Source: a virus | Lineage: Duplodnaviria; Heunggongvirae; Uroviricota; Caudoviricetes | Virus record (IMG/VR): IMGVR_UViG_2609459820_000011 | Span: 1-29,824 of that record | Direction: 5' to 3' (one strand) | Length of the DNA: 29,824 bases | In this document: piece by piece, positions 7,981 to 17,070 of the stretch | How positions within the stretch are numbered: the first letter of the stretch is position 1 | Layout of the letters: each line of letters opens with the position of its first letter | Notes under the pieces: model-generated | The model's input: only the letters and a program-made list of their open reading frames with translations | What the model was told of the DNA's origin: nothing | Databases searched by the model: none | Translations under genes and position numbers: made by a program

Positions 7981-8684
7981 ACACCGCAATTTTTAACGGC
8001 AAAGCATCCATGACCAGCGTTGAGATCGCAGAGTTGGTGGGAAGCCGACCAGATAGTGTTAAGAGAACTATTGAAACACTGGCTAAAAAGGGAATCATCC
8101 AATTTCCACAGACTGTGGAAATTGAGAATAAACAATCACTTGGGCCTCGCCGATTTTCTAGCGCGTATGTATTCGAAGGTGAACGAGGTAAGCGCGACAG
8201 CATCATTGTCGTCGCACAGCTCTGTCCTGAATTCACAGCTTGCCTGGTAGATCGCTGGCGCGAACTGGAAGAACAGATCCGTAAGCCAATGAGCGAAATC
8301 GAAATGGTTGCCGCGATGGCTCTTGAAGCCGTTCGCCAACAGAAACGGATCACTCAGGTGGAAGAAAAAGTCAGCCACGTTGCTGAAACAGTCGAGCAAA
8401 TTAAAAAGGGCACTATTCGTGAGGGCTATGCCGGATATCGCCAACTGAAAGCAAAAACCGGTTTGTCAGATGATAAATGCCGCAATCTGGTGAACGCCTA
8501 TCAAATTCCTACAGACACACATGAGTTCATGACGCCGGACGGATTGTTGTCACGTCGCGCAATTGTTGCTGTGGAACCGTTTATGGCTGCTTTTTATCGG
8601 GTTATGGAGGAAGCAGAACCGCGAGGGACTCGCTGGTATCACCCGAAAATGGGGTTATTTCAGGTTATTGGTTGGCAGCGATGA
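7977..8684 (+). CDS. Rha-family phage regulatory protein (antirepressor-like), paralog 1
   Basis: N-terminal SMTSVEIAELVGSRPDSVKRTIETL resembles the Phage_pRha domain start; GGAGA RBS. Confidence 0.6.
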   Translation: MNTAIFNGKASMTSVEIAELVGSRPDSVKRTIETLAKKGIIQFPQTVEIENKQSLGPRRFSSAYVFEGERGKRDSIIVVAQLCPEFTACLVDRWRELEEQIRKPMSEIEMVAAMALEAVRQQKRITQVEEKVSHVAETVEQIKKGTIREGYAGYRQLKAKTGLSDDKCRNLVNAYQIPTDTHEFMTPDGLLSRRAIVAVEPFMAAFYRVMEEAEPRGTRWYHPKMGLFQVIGWQR

Positions 8685-8712
8685 AAAAAAGCCGGGAGTA
8701 ACCCGGCTCACT
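8685..8712 (-). terminator. Hairpin with an A7 run on the plus strand, which reads as an intrinsic terminator for a leftward transcript
   Basis: AAAAAAA then AGCCGGG agtaa CCCGGCT directly after the Rha stop; on the minus strand the stem is followed by T7. Confidence 0.4.
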
Positions 8713-8908
8713 CAACATCAATAACGGGGAGCTGTTTCGCATAAAACGGCTCCGAAACATCCAAGAACAGTTCTAAAGATATCAGCAGCTATATGATCAT
8801 TTCAAGACCAAATATTGATTCTGCAATTCCGGGACGTTACACTGCTCAGGCACCTTATAAAGCGGGTGCCGGGCGTGGAAACCCGAAATTCAATATAGAG
8901 CACAACCG

Positions 8909-8932
8909 CGCTCATGCGGTTTTTTCGTGTCA
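8909..8932 (+). terminator. Candidate intrinsic terminator inside the long ORF upstream of the second Rha gene
   Basis: ACCGCG ctca TGCGGT stem followed by TTTTTCG. Confidence 0.35.
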
Positions 8933-9095
8933 TGAGCATCGTTACGCCCAAATTATGGTGGGGCGTGCAGGGCCAACTTCGGTTGGGCCGGGTTCTATGT
9001 TGACCGGTATTTCCACCCCTGTACGTCTCACCACCTATATGGTCGTGGAAAGCCTTGGTGGTGAGTTCATTGAATTCAACATAGGGGCTGTCACC

Positions 9096-9647
9096 ATGAC
9101 TACTCTCCCAACCCAATCTCACCCTGAAATCACGATTATCAATGGTCGCGTTGTCACCACATCTCTTGCAGTAGCTAATTACTTTACTAAACGGCATGAG
9201 CGGGTTTTAGATAGAATTAGAAACCTCGAATGTTCCGCTGAATTTACTGAACACAATTTTGTGTTAAGTGAATACACCGACGCATCAGGCCGCAAACTAC
9301 CTTGCTATCAAATCACCCGCGATGGCTTCGCGTTCCTTGCCATGGGCTTCACTGGTAAACGTGCTGCCCGGTTCAAAGAGGCATACATCAACGCCTTTAA
9401 CCTGATGGAGAAGAGTTTATCAGGTGCCGATGCGTCTGATATGTCAGCTGTCGCACGAAACGCCAGAGGCGTATACCTGCATTTGCGTGAAATCCATCAA
9501 ATCTGGACAAGCCAGCTTTATCCAATGCTTAAGGCCGTTGAATCTCCGCTGGCTAGCAAACTGTACGACCGTGTTGGTGATGCTGTTTTTGGCGCTGCAC
9601 TTGTTGATTCCAGGCTGAATGGTTCTGACAAGGAGGTTCGCCCATGA
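9096..9647 (+). CDS. Rha-family phage regulatory protein, paralog 2 (start taken at MTTLPT; the ORF is open back to 8793)
   Basis: Rha-like domain ITIINGRVVTTSLAVANYFTKRHERVLDRIRNL...CYQITRDGFAFLAMGFTGKRAARFKEAYINAF begins right after the chosen start; the upstream 100 codons are Gly/Pro/Ala-rich and contain hairpins and a terminator. Confidence 0.65.
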   Translation: MTTLPTQSHPEITIINGRVVTTSLAVANYFTKRHERVLDRIRNLECSAEFTEHNFVLSEYTDASGRKLPCYQITRDGFAFLAMGFTGKRAARFKEAYINAFNLMEKSLSGADASDMSAVARNARGVYLHLREIHQIWTSQLYPMLKAVESPLASKLYDRVGDAVFGAALVDSRLNGSDKEVRP

Positions 9648-9838
9648 TTAGTTACGAAATCATCATCTCCACTACGGAATACAGAAACGATGTATCAGTT
9701 CGCACGGATGTATCTGTCTGGCACCGTCGCTATAAATCCAGAAAAACAGCGGAACTGAAAGCGGCAGAGATGTGTGAAACCATCTCAATGAAAGGTAGCC
9801 CGGTTAAATACGTAACTACGGTGGAGGTGCGTCCATGA
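9644..9838 (+). CDS. Hypothetical protein (64 aa)
   Basis: AGGAGG RBS; ATGA start/stop overlap with the upstream gene. Confidence 0.5.
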   Translation: MISYEIIISTTEYRNDVSVRTDVSVWHRRYKSRKTAELKAAEMCETISMKGSPVKYVTTVEVRP

Positions 9839-10059
9839 TCCGCCACATCGTTAATTCCCTGTATCACCGATACAACCGTTGCCCCCGTGTGGGGCAGTGG
9901 TTCGCCACCAGCAACGGTCACGTTCTGCGGGTTTGCCTAGTCAACGCTGAAAGCCAGAAAGTCGTGTGCGAACTACAGGGGCGTAGCTACACCATCAGTT
10001 ACCCTCTGGCGGTATTTCTGTCTGGAAAAATGTTTAAGCGTCTGGGAGGTGTGGCGTGA
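9835..10059 (+). CDS. Hypothetical protein (74 aa)
   Basis: GGAGG RBS; translationally coupled to both neighbours. Confidence 0.5.
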   Translation: MIRHIVNSLYHRYNRCPRVGQWFATSNGHVLRVCLVNAESQKVVCELQGRSYTISYPLAVFLSGKMFKRLGGVA

Positions 10060-10355
10060 ACTGTTTTCAGTTTGTGTGCGGATGTGCTTTCGATAACCCG
10101 ATTCAGCGCCTGATTATGTTGCGTGTTTTGATGTCGGGTTCTTCAGACGGTGAAGGCGAGAGAGTTATTGATCATCAGGTGCTTGCTGATTTCTGCTGTT
10201 GTTCTAAGCAAGCGATATTCAGGGAAACCCTGGCACTGGAAAGAGCTGGTTATCTTCATATCCGAAAAATTGCAACGCTTACTATTGATGCAAAAGCCAG
10301 ACTACAACCTGCGCGTGGCTACACAATTCTCATGCCGCGGAAGGAGGTTGTATGA
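10056..10355 (+). CDS. Hypothetical protein (99 aa), possible DNA-binding protein
   Basis: GTG start with GGGAGG RBS; overlaps the upstream stop. Confidence 0.5.
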   Translation: MNCFQFVCGCAFDNPIQRLIMLRVLMSGSSDGEGERVIDHQVLADFCCCSKQAIFRETLALERAGYLHIRKIATLTIDAKARLQPARGYTILMPRKEVV

Positions 10356-11344
10356 GCCGTTACGCCCCCACACCGGAAGTTATGGCTATTGGTCAAATTA
10401 ATATTTCCGGCAATGTTACACCTGCGAACTGGTGGAAATATATTCGACTACCCAGTGGGCGTCCGGATGCGACGGCTATCGCTCTGCTTTCAGAGATCGT
10501 TTACTGGTACCGCCCGACAGAGGTCAGGGATGAGCACACCGGAGCGTTGCTGGGATATCGCAAGCGTTTTCAGGGCGACAAACTGCAAAGAAGCTACCAG
10601 GCGTTTGCTGAGCAGTTTGGTTTCGGGAAAAGGGAAACCGCAGATGCGCTGAAGCGTCTGCGCGATGCAGGGTTTATTACTCTGGATTTACGCACGGTGG
10701 AAATGCTCGATGGGGTGAAATGCAGCAATATTTTGTTTGTCGGGATCAACCCACAGGCAATTGCGGCCATCACCACACCTTCTTCTGTTTCGCCAGAAAG
10801 TAACAGCAATAATGCAATCAGCGATACAGCTATTACGTTAAAACGGAACACCCCCCGACGTCATAACGGAACAGGGGATACGCCGAATGTTGATACAAAT
10901 ACAGAGATTACTACAGAGATTACAACGGAGACTAAAAACACTATTGATGCATCCGCTGACGCGTCTGCGCCAGCGCGTTCTGCCCGACAGGAATATTCAC
11001 CGGAATTTGAACAGGCCTGGCAGGAATATCCCAAACGTGCTGGTGGCAATTCCAAGTCAGCAGCCTTCAAAGCCTGGAAAGCCCGTATCAGGGAGGGAAT
11101 AAAACCGGAGACCATGCTTGATGGCGTGAAGCGGTATGCCGCCTGGGTACGTGCTACAGGAAATACCGGCACACAGTTCGTGAAGCAGGCTGCGACGTTC
11201 TTTGGACCCGATCGTCACTTCGAAGATTACTGGCAACAGCCAGCCGCTCACGGAGGTGGGCGACAGCGACAGGTCGATGTCCTGGCTGGCCTGGGAGCCA
11301 TGTCTGACAAATTCGGTAAATCCAGTAACAAATTGACATTCTGA
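10352..11344 (+). CDS. Replication initiation protein (O-like), two domains joined by a low-complexity linker
   Basis: AGGAGG RBS; sits directly upstream of the helicase loader and helicase; linker is encoded by tandem DNA repeats. Confidence 0.7.
   Translation: MSRYAPTPEVMAIGQINISGNVTPANWWKYIRLPSGRPDATAIALLSEIVYWYRPTEVRDEHTGALLGYRKRFQGDKLQRSYQAFAEQFGFGKRETADALKRLRDAGFITLDLRTVEMLDGVKCSNILFVGINPQAIAAITTPSSVSPESNSNNAISDTAITLKRNTPRRHNGTGDTPNVDTNTEITTEITTETKNTIDASADASAPARSARQEYSPEFEQAWQEYPKRAGGNSKSAAFKAWKARIREGIKPETMLDGVKRYAAWVRATGNTGTQFVKQAATFFGPDRHFEDYWQQPAAHGGGRQRQVDVLAGLGAMSDKFGKSSNKLTF
10901..10936. repeat. Three tandem 12-bp direct repeats inside the initiator gene; candidate ori iterons
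   Basis: ACAGAGATTACT / ACAGAGATTACA / ACGGAGACTAAA, encoding TEITTEITTETK in the linker. Confidence 0.35.
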
Positions 11345-11345
11345 G

Positions 11346-12254
11346 GTGACAGCGATGATGACGATTGACCAACGTGAGAAACAAACAAGACTACAGGCGC
11401 GAATGGATGAGTTACGGGCAGAAATGGATGAGTTACGGGCAGAGATTGCATTTGCTCAGAAGGGCGAAAAGCCATGGCCTTATCGTTCCTGCCTGATGCG
11501 TGAAGGTCGCGGATATTGCGAAAAACACGGTAAATATCGTACGCATATACTGGTGTGGATCGATCGTAATGGCGAGGACAGAGAAAAAATTTCATGCTGC
11601 CCTGACTGCTTGATCGCTGAGGCCAGTGATTTGACCATGGAACTGTCGTCCCTCAAGGCGGAAGAACTGACTGATAACGCCGGAATTGCTCTGCGTTTTC
11701 GGGACTGCGAGTTTGATAATTATCTGGAGGTTAATCCTGACGCAGCCAGAAATCTTGCGGCCTGTCGCCGCTATGCGGAGAACTGGCCAGATATGCTGGA
11801 GAACGGTACCAGTCTTGTTATGACCGGCAGTTGCGGTACCGGGAAAAATCATCTGGCGGTATCAATGGCAAAACACATCATCCGTAACTATCTGGCCAGT
11901 GTGGAGATCACCGACGTGATGCGCCTTACCCGGGCTGTGAAAAACTGCTGGCGGAATGACAGTGAAAAAACAGCGGATGACGTCATTGAGCATTATGCGT
12001 CACTGGATTTGCTGATTGTCGACGAAGTCGGCGTTCAGTTTGGCAGTGCGGCTGAAATGGCCATTTTGCAGGAAATTATCAATGCCCGGTATGAGGGTAT
12101 TTTGCCAACTATCCTGATCAGCAACCTTTCACCGGAAGAATTGTGGGCGTTCATCAGTCCCCGGATTGCCGACAGGATCACCGATGGCGGGCGCAACTGG
12201 TTGTCGTTTAACTGGCCCAGCTACCGTTCTCGTATCGGAGGTGTTGCCGCATGA
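11346..12254 (+). CDS. DnaC-like helicase loader (IstB/DnaC-type AAA+ ATPase)
   Basis: Walker A GSCGTGKNHLA and Walker B LLIVDEVG; Cys-rich N-terminal region; sits between the initiator and the helicase. Confidence 0.85.
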   Translation: MTAMMTIDQREKQTRLQARMDELRAEMDELRAEIAFAQKGEKPWPYRSCLMREGRGYCEKHGKYRTHILVWIDRNGEDREKISCCPDCLIAEASDLTMELSSLKAEELTDNAGIALRFRDCEFDNYLEVNPDAARNLAACRRYAENWPDMLENGTSLVMTGSCGTGKNHLAVSMAKHIIRNYLASVEITDVMRLTRAVKNCWRNDSEKTADDVIEHYASLDLLIVDEVGVQFGSAAEMAILQEIINARYEGILPTILISNLSPEELWAFISPRIADRITDGGRNWLSFNWPSYRSRIGGVAA

Positions 12255-13651
12255 CCAGCCAGAACACCCCGGCATGGCGTAACGATGACCTGGAAGGCGC
12301 TGTCATCGGTGCGTTTTTTCTGCGTGGGGCCGATCCGGAAGTGATGGATATTCTGGCCACACTTCCGGCGGATGTATTTTTTGTGCGTCAGTACCGGGAT
12401 ATTTACGCGGGGATTTGCAGACAGGCTCGCATATCCGGCGTCATTGACCCCGTACTGCTGTGCAATGAGATGCCGGAACTTGCCCCGGTGATTACCGACA
12501 CCGGACGCAAAACCTGGGTGAAGTCTTCACTGGAGCACTATGTCGCAGCGTTGCGGCGCAATGCCGCACTGCGCGATGCAGAAAAAACACTGACTGAAGC
12601 ATTACAGAATTTACGTGATGCGTATACCTGTGAAGCAGCCGAGGATGCCCTGAAGGATGTGCAGAACATGATGGCCTCACTGTCGACCGGAAAGGGCGTC
12701 ATTCAGCCGGTTCACATTGATGATGTCCTTCCGGAAGTGGTCGACCGTGTTGAATGCCGCAATCAGGGACTGGAGAAATCCAGGGCGCTGATGACCGGTA
12801 TTGATGAACTGGACGCAAAAACGGGCGGTATGGAGCCCGGTGACCTGGTATTCATTGCCGCCCGTCCTTCGATGGGGAAAACCGAACTTGCGCTGGACAT
12901 CATCGACAAGGTGACTGAGCAGGGGCATGGCGTGCTTCTGTTCACCATGGAGATGGCGAACATCCAGATTGGTGAACGTATGGTGTCTGCTGCCGGTGGA
13001 ATGCCGGTATCCCGTCTTAAGTCTGTTGCCCGTTTTGAAGATGAAGACTGGGCGCGTTTCTCGCAGGGCGTGGGACGAATGACGGGGCGTAATATCTGGA
13101 TGGTGGATCAGGCAAACCTGACCATTGATGAGATATGTGCAACCACGAAGCACCACCGGATGAAACACCCGGAAACGGCGCTGGTGGTGGTCGATTACCT
13201 CGGTCTGATTAAAACCCGCAGCACGGGGCGTCACGACCTTGCTGTGGGGGAAATCTCAAAGGGACTTAAAAGCCTGGCAAAATCCGGCGGTTTCCCGCTG
13301 ATTGCTCTGAGCCAGCTCTCCCGAGGCGTGGAATCCAGACCCAATAAACGTCCCATGAACTCAGACCTGAAAAACTCCGGGGAAATAGAGGCTGATGCCG
13401 ACATCATTCTGATGCTTTACAGGGATGAGGTGTATAACCCGGATACACAGGCCAGAGGCATAGCAGAAATCAACATCACGAAACAGCGTAATGGCACACT
13501 CGGGACCATTTACCGGCGTTTTCATAACGGACATTTTCTGCCTGTGGACCAGGAGAGTGCCCGGGTTCTTTCCACACCCATGACGCCGGGCAATCCGCGC
13601 AGATACAGCAATAACCGCATGTCGGGCAGTAAAACGGAGCGTTTATTTTGA
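12251..13651 (+). CDS. Replicative DNA helicase, DnaB family
   Basis: 466 aa; Walker A ARPSMGKTELALD; DnaB-like C-terminal RecA-fold motifs (SQLSR, DADIILMLYRDE); ATGA overlap with the loader gene. Confidence 0.9.
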   Translation: MTSQNTPAWRNDDLEGAVIGAFFLRGADPEVMDILATLPADVFFVRQYRDIYAGICRQARISGVIDPVLLCNEMPELAPVITDTGRKTWVKSSLEHYVAALRRNAALRDAEKTLTEALQNLRDAYTCEAAEDALKDVQNMMASLSTGKGVIQPVHIDDVLPEVVDRVECRNQGLEKSRALMTGIDELDAKTGGMEPGDLVFIAARPSMGKTELALDIIDKVTEQGHGVLLFTMEMANIQIGERMVSAAGGMPVSRLKSVARFEDEDWARFSQGVGRMTGRNIWMVDQANLTIDEICATTKHHRMKHPETALVVVDYLGLIKTRSTGRHDLAVGEISKGLKSLAKSGGFPLIALSQLSRGVESRPNKRPMNSDLKNSGEIEADADIILMLYRDEVYNPDTQARGIAEINITKQRNGTLGTIYRRFHNGHFLPVDQESARVLSTPMTPGNPRRYSNNRMSGSKTERLF

Positions 13652-13905
13652 ACAACAGAACAATCACTGTTTCACCGGAACAACTTCGTCGGCAGGCGCA
13701 GGAGATGCTTCGTTGTGCTGAACAGATGGAAAAAACGAGCGTGAAAAAAGATACGCTCCGCAAGCAGCTTACTCCGGCGCTTCGTGATCTGCTGCAGGCA
13801 AAACACCGCACACAAAAGGCGGTGGATGAGCTGGTGGATTGCGTGGCGGAACTGGAAGGACAGGTAAGCCAGTTTGAAACGCTGGTGAAGGAGTTTACTG
13901 CGTGA
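13648..13905 (+). CDS. Hypothetical protein (85 aa, TTG start)
   Basis: ACGGAG RBS 9 nt upstream of the TTG; overlaps the helicase stop. Confidence 0.45.
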   Translation: MNNRTITVSPEQLRRQAQEMLRCAEQMEKTSVKKDTLRKQLTPALRDLLQAKHRTQKAVDELVDCVAELEGQVSQFETLVKEFTA

Positions 13906-13951
13906 TGGCTGAATTTTTTTCTCCTGCGTTCATGCAATACCGTTCGCTGAG

Positions 13952-14779
13952 GTGACCGTGAGAGCACTGCTGACCCCTGAAATTGCCCCGCGTATGGGGA
14001 TCGTCTTGTTCAGACCCGGTTCAGAGCTGATGCCCCTGTTTATGCAGGGGCGTGTCCTGCTGGAGCCTGAGCCGGAACGTTATTCATCTTTTGCCAGTGG
14101 TGCCGTTCCGGCAGCATCACAACCGCTGGCGGATGATCCTGCCGTTCGGGCCGTGTTCCGCCATGAGGCGGTGATCCGTCGTGCTGGTGGCGTGGAATGC
14201 CTTGAGAGCTGGTTACTTCGTGAAAAAGGCTGCCAGTGGCCTCATTCCGGATGGCACAGCGAGAACATGACCACAATGCGACACGCGCCGGGCGCAATCC
14301 GTCTGTGCTGGCACTGCGATAACCTGCTTCGCGATCAGTTCACGGAACGTCTGGAATCAATGGCAACGGATAACTGTGCCCGCTGGGTGTTGTCCGTAGT
14401 CCGTCGTGATCTCGGTTTTGATGACAGCCACGTTGTGACAATGCCGGAACTGTGCTGGTGGCTGGTTCGTAATGACCTGGCGGATGCCTTACCGGAAAGT
14501 GCAGCCCGTAAGGCACTGAGATTACCGAAGCCTGTTGTGCCGTCTGTCACCCGGGAAAGTGACCTTGTGCCTTCGGTTCCTGCCACCAGCATCATCCGGG
14601 ATAAGGCGAAAAAGGTGCTGGCGCTGAAAGTGGATCCGGAGTCGCCGGAGTCTTTTATGTTACGCCCCAAACGTCGTCGCTGGGTTAATGAAAAGTACAC
14701 GCGCTGGGTTAAGACGCAGCCGTGTGCATGTTGTGGTAAGCCAGCCGACGATCCTCATCACCTGATTGGTCATGGTTAG
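13952..14779 (+). CDS. DUF968-like protein, N-terminal portion ending at an in-frame amber codon (TAG 14777-14779); the frame continues to 14946
   Basis: C-terminus CACCGKPADDPHHLIGHG then TAG then GGMGTKAHDLFVLPLCRKHHDGLHAD in the same frame; the DUF968 name is from memory. Confidence 0.6.
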   Translation: MTVRALLTPEIAPRMGIVLFRPGSELMPLFMQGRVLLEPEPERYSSFASGAVPAASQPLADDPAVRAVFRHEAVIRRAGGVECLESWLLREKGCQWPHSGWHSENMTTMRHAPGAIRLCWHCDNLLRDQFTERLESMATDNCARWVLSVVRRDLGFDDSHVVTMPELCWWLVRNDLADALPESAARKALRLPKPVVPSVTRESDLVPSVPATSIIRDKAKKVLALKVDPESPESFMLRPKRRRWVNEKYTRWVKTQPCACCGKPADDPHHLIGHG

Positions 14780-14964
14780 GGTGGAATGGGTACAAAAGCG
14801 CATGACCTTTTTGTGTTGCCTTTGTGCAGAAAACACCATGACGGACTGCATGCGGATACCGTGGCATTTGAAGAGAAGTATGGTTCCCAACTGGAGCTGA
14901 TATTTCGTTTTATCGATCGCGCGCTGGCGATTGGTGTGCTGTCCTGATTTTGTGGAGAAAGTTG

Positions 14965-15348
14965 ATGCGTGATATTCAGATGGTTCTCGAACGCTGGGGA
15001 GCATGGGCGGCAAATAATCATGAGGATGTGACCTGGTCGTCCATTGCTGCCGGTTTTAAGGGATTAATTCCTTCAAAAGTAAAATCTCGCCCGCAATGTT
15101 GTGACGATGACGCGATGATCATTTGCGGGTGCATGGCCCGTCTGAAAAAGAACAACAGCGATTTACACGATTTATTAGTAGATTATTATGTATGTGGTAT
15201 GACATTCATGTCACTGGCAAGTAAGCATTGCTGCTCGGATGGTTATATCGGGAAAAGGTTACAGAAGGCTGAGGGCATAATTGAAGGGATGTTAATGGCA
15301 TTAGATATCCGGTTAGATATGGATATCGTTGCTAATAATTCTAATTGA
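14965..15348 (+). CDS. quuD: Late antiterminator Q (QuuD-like)
   Basis: 127 aa from [22 protein letters not shown] with GGAGA RBS; recognised from memory as the DLP12-type Q. Confidence 0.8.
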   Translation: MRDIQMVLERWGAWAANNHEDVTWSSIAAGFKGLIPSKVKSRPQCCDDDAMIICGCMARLKKNNSDLHDLLVDYYVCGMTFMSLASKHCCSDGYIGKRLQKAEGIIEGMLMALDIRLDMDIVANNSN

Positions 15349-15484
15349 TATGCAATTGTTTACTAAAAGTTATTAAAAATGGGGCGTGGAAACGCCCCCA
15401 AATAAAGGGTAATATATAACAGAAGGTTTATATAGTAAGAAGCAAGGTAGTGCTTCTAAAGGAAGTGGCTTGAGGGCTCCACTT

Positions 15485-15526
15485 ATATGTTGCGGAGGCA
15501 AAGCCTCCCGCAACATATCTTTTTCG
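15485..15526 (+). terminator. Strong hairpin plus T-run downstream of Q (tR'-like), also lying 10-18 nt beyond the nmpC stop
   Basis: ATATGTTGCGGAGG caaag CCTCCCGCAACATAT followed by CTTTTTCG. Confidence 0.5.
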
Positions 15527-15535
15527 TAAGTCAGA

Positions 15536-16618
15536 TTAGAACTGATAAACCAGACCTACAGCGACGATGTCGTCGGTATCAATACCAGCTGTTTTGGTAA
15601 ACTTACTATCGTCAATTAAGTTGATTTTGTAATCAACAAAAGTGGACATGTTTTTATTAAAGTAGTAAGTAGCACCGACATCGACATACTTGACTAAGTC
15701 TCGGTCACCATGAACACCAAGGTCTTTACCTTTTGACTGAAGGTAAGCAACAGATGGGCGCAGACCGAAGTCAAACTGATATTGTGCTACTGCTTCAAAG
15801 TTTTGTGCTTTGTTTGCAATATGGTTATTACCAAAAACGGTCATATTCTGAGTTTCAGAATATGTGGTAGCCAGATAGATATTGTTCGCATCATATTTCA
15901 GGCCTGCAGCCCATACTTCCGCATTTTTGCCGGAGGCATTGAATTTGCTCTTACCATAGGCGACCTGACCGTCAGTGCGATCTGATTTAGCATAGGTTGC
16001 ACCCACGCCGAATCCTTCATACTCATAAGTAGTGGAGAAACCGAAACCATCACCATTGGCTTCAGCTACGTCAGTGCGGTCATTTTTACCCTGATACTGA
16101 GCAGCAAAGTTCAGGCCATCGACCAGACCAAAGAAGTCGTTGTTACGATAAGTTGCAACACCAGTTGCACGTTGAGTCATGAACACGTCGGTTTGAGTCC
16201 AAGTGTCACCACCGAATTCTGGCAGGACGTCAGTCCACGCACCGATGTCGTATGCTACACCGAAGTTACGGCCGTAATCGATTGAGCCGTAATCACCAAA
16301 TTTCAGGCCTGCAAATGCAAGACGGGTTTTGTCTTTGGAAGAACCTTGAGATTCAGCACGGTTGCCTTTGAAGTCATATTCCCACTGACCGAACCCAGTC
16401 AGTTGATCGTTGATTTGGGTTTCACCTTTGAAGCCAAGACGGGCATAAGTAGTATCACCATCATCTGCATCATTAGAGGAGAAGTAGTGCTTGGCATTAA
16501 CTTTCCCGTATAGATCCAGCTTGTTACTGTCTTTATTATAAATTTCAGCTGCCTGAGCAGACATCGCCATCAGTACTGATGCAGCTACAGCAGAAATTGC
16601 CACTGTTAATTTTTTCAT
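15536..16618 (-). CDS. nmpC: Outer membrane porin, OmpC/OmpF family, NmpC/OmpD type (intact; 360-aa precursor)
   Basis: Signal peptide [23 protein letters not shown]; [16 protein letters not shown] porin N-terminus; C-terminal ...AVGLVYQF; AAGGG RBS; AT-rich upstream region. Confidence 0.9.
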   Translation of the reverse strand: MKKLTVAISAVAASVLMAMSAQAAEIYNKDSNKLDLYGKVNAKHYFSSNDADDGDTTYARLGFKGETQINDQLTGFGQWEYDFKGNRAESQGSSKDKTRLAFAGLKFGDYGSIDYGRNFGVAYDIGAWTDVLPEFGGDTWTQTDVFMTQRATGVATYRNNDFFGLVDGLNFAAQYQGKNDRTDVAEANGDGFGFSTTYEYEGFGVGATYAKSDRTDGQVAYGKSKFNASGKNAEVWAAGLKYDANNIYLATTYSETQNMTVFGNNHIANKAQNFEAVAQYQFDFGLRPSVAYLQSKGKDLGVHGDRDLVKYVDVGATYYFNKNMSTFVDYKINLIDDSKFTKTAGIDTDDIVAVGLVYQF

Positions 16619-17044
16619 TGTACGCCCTTTTTTTGAACTATTATAAAAAAATGATGTCACTGCGCGATAAATATTCATCTAATCAATGTGATTATTTCAA
16701 GATGTAAGTTTTAGTTTCTCATTTAATTTGTGAAGTAGATCTCTATTTTTATCTGAACCTTTTCTATCTAATCCTATTCATGGCTCTTGTTTGAACAAAA
16801 ATAAATCTATTAGCTAATTTATATTAATGGCACTTATTTATAAGTAGTCTATAATTCTTTAGCTTAATTTAAACAAACTAAAAATAACATCCGAAATTAT
16901 TTATTGGTTATTTGTTGAAGTTTTCTTATGTATTTGTGGTGGTGTTTTGAACACTCGGTGGCATTCTCACAAATATCATTTAGTAGTTTACGTACGTAAA
17001 AAATTGGTTATGCTGTTAAGAGTAGTTACTTCGTCACACAGCTT

Positions 17045-17070
17045 AAACCCGCCGATGAGCGGTTTTTTTT
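17045..17070 (+). terminator. Candidate intrinsic terminator (short GC stem plus T8)
   Basis: AAACCCGC cgatga GCGGTTTTTTTT. Confidence 0.35.

Noticed and set aside
7799-8353. 184-aa minus-strand ORF opposite the first Rha gene
   Set aside because: Overlaps the Rha CDS and the cro-position ORF; Ser/Arg-rich, no RBS, reads like an antisense frame
8793-9095. N-terminal 100 codons of the 284-aa ORF containing the second Rha domain
   Set aside because: No RBS at the upstream ATG; Gly/Pro/Ala-rich low-complexity translation; contains a terminator-like hairpin and several stable stem-loops; the Rha domain begins right after the internal ATG at 9096
10861-11172. 103-aa minus-strand ORF inside the O-like initiator gene
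   Set aside because: Antisense to the initiator CDS, spanning its repeat-encoded linker; no start context
12677-13234. 185-aa minus-strand ORF inside the DnaB-type helicase gene
   Set aside because: Antisense to a gene with clear Walker motifs; Arg/His-rich shadow frame
14040-15021. Several minus-strand ORFs (85-121 aa) across the DUF968 gene and the Q start
   Set aside because: Antisense frames in GC-rich coding sequence; mutually overlapping; no RBS
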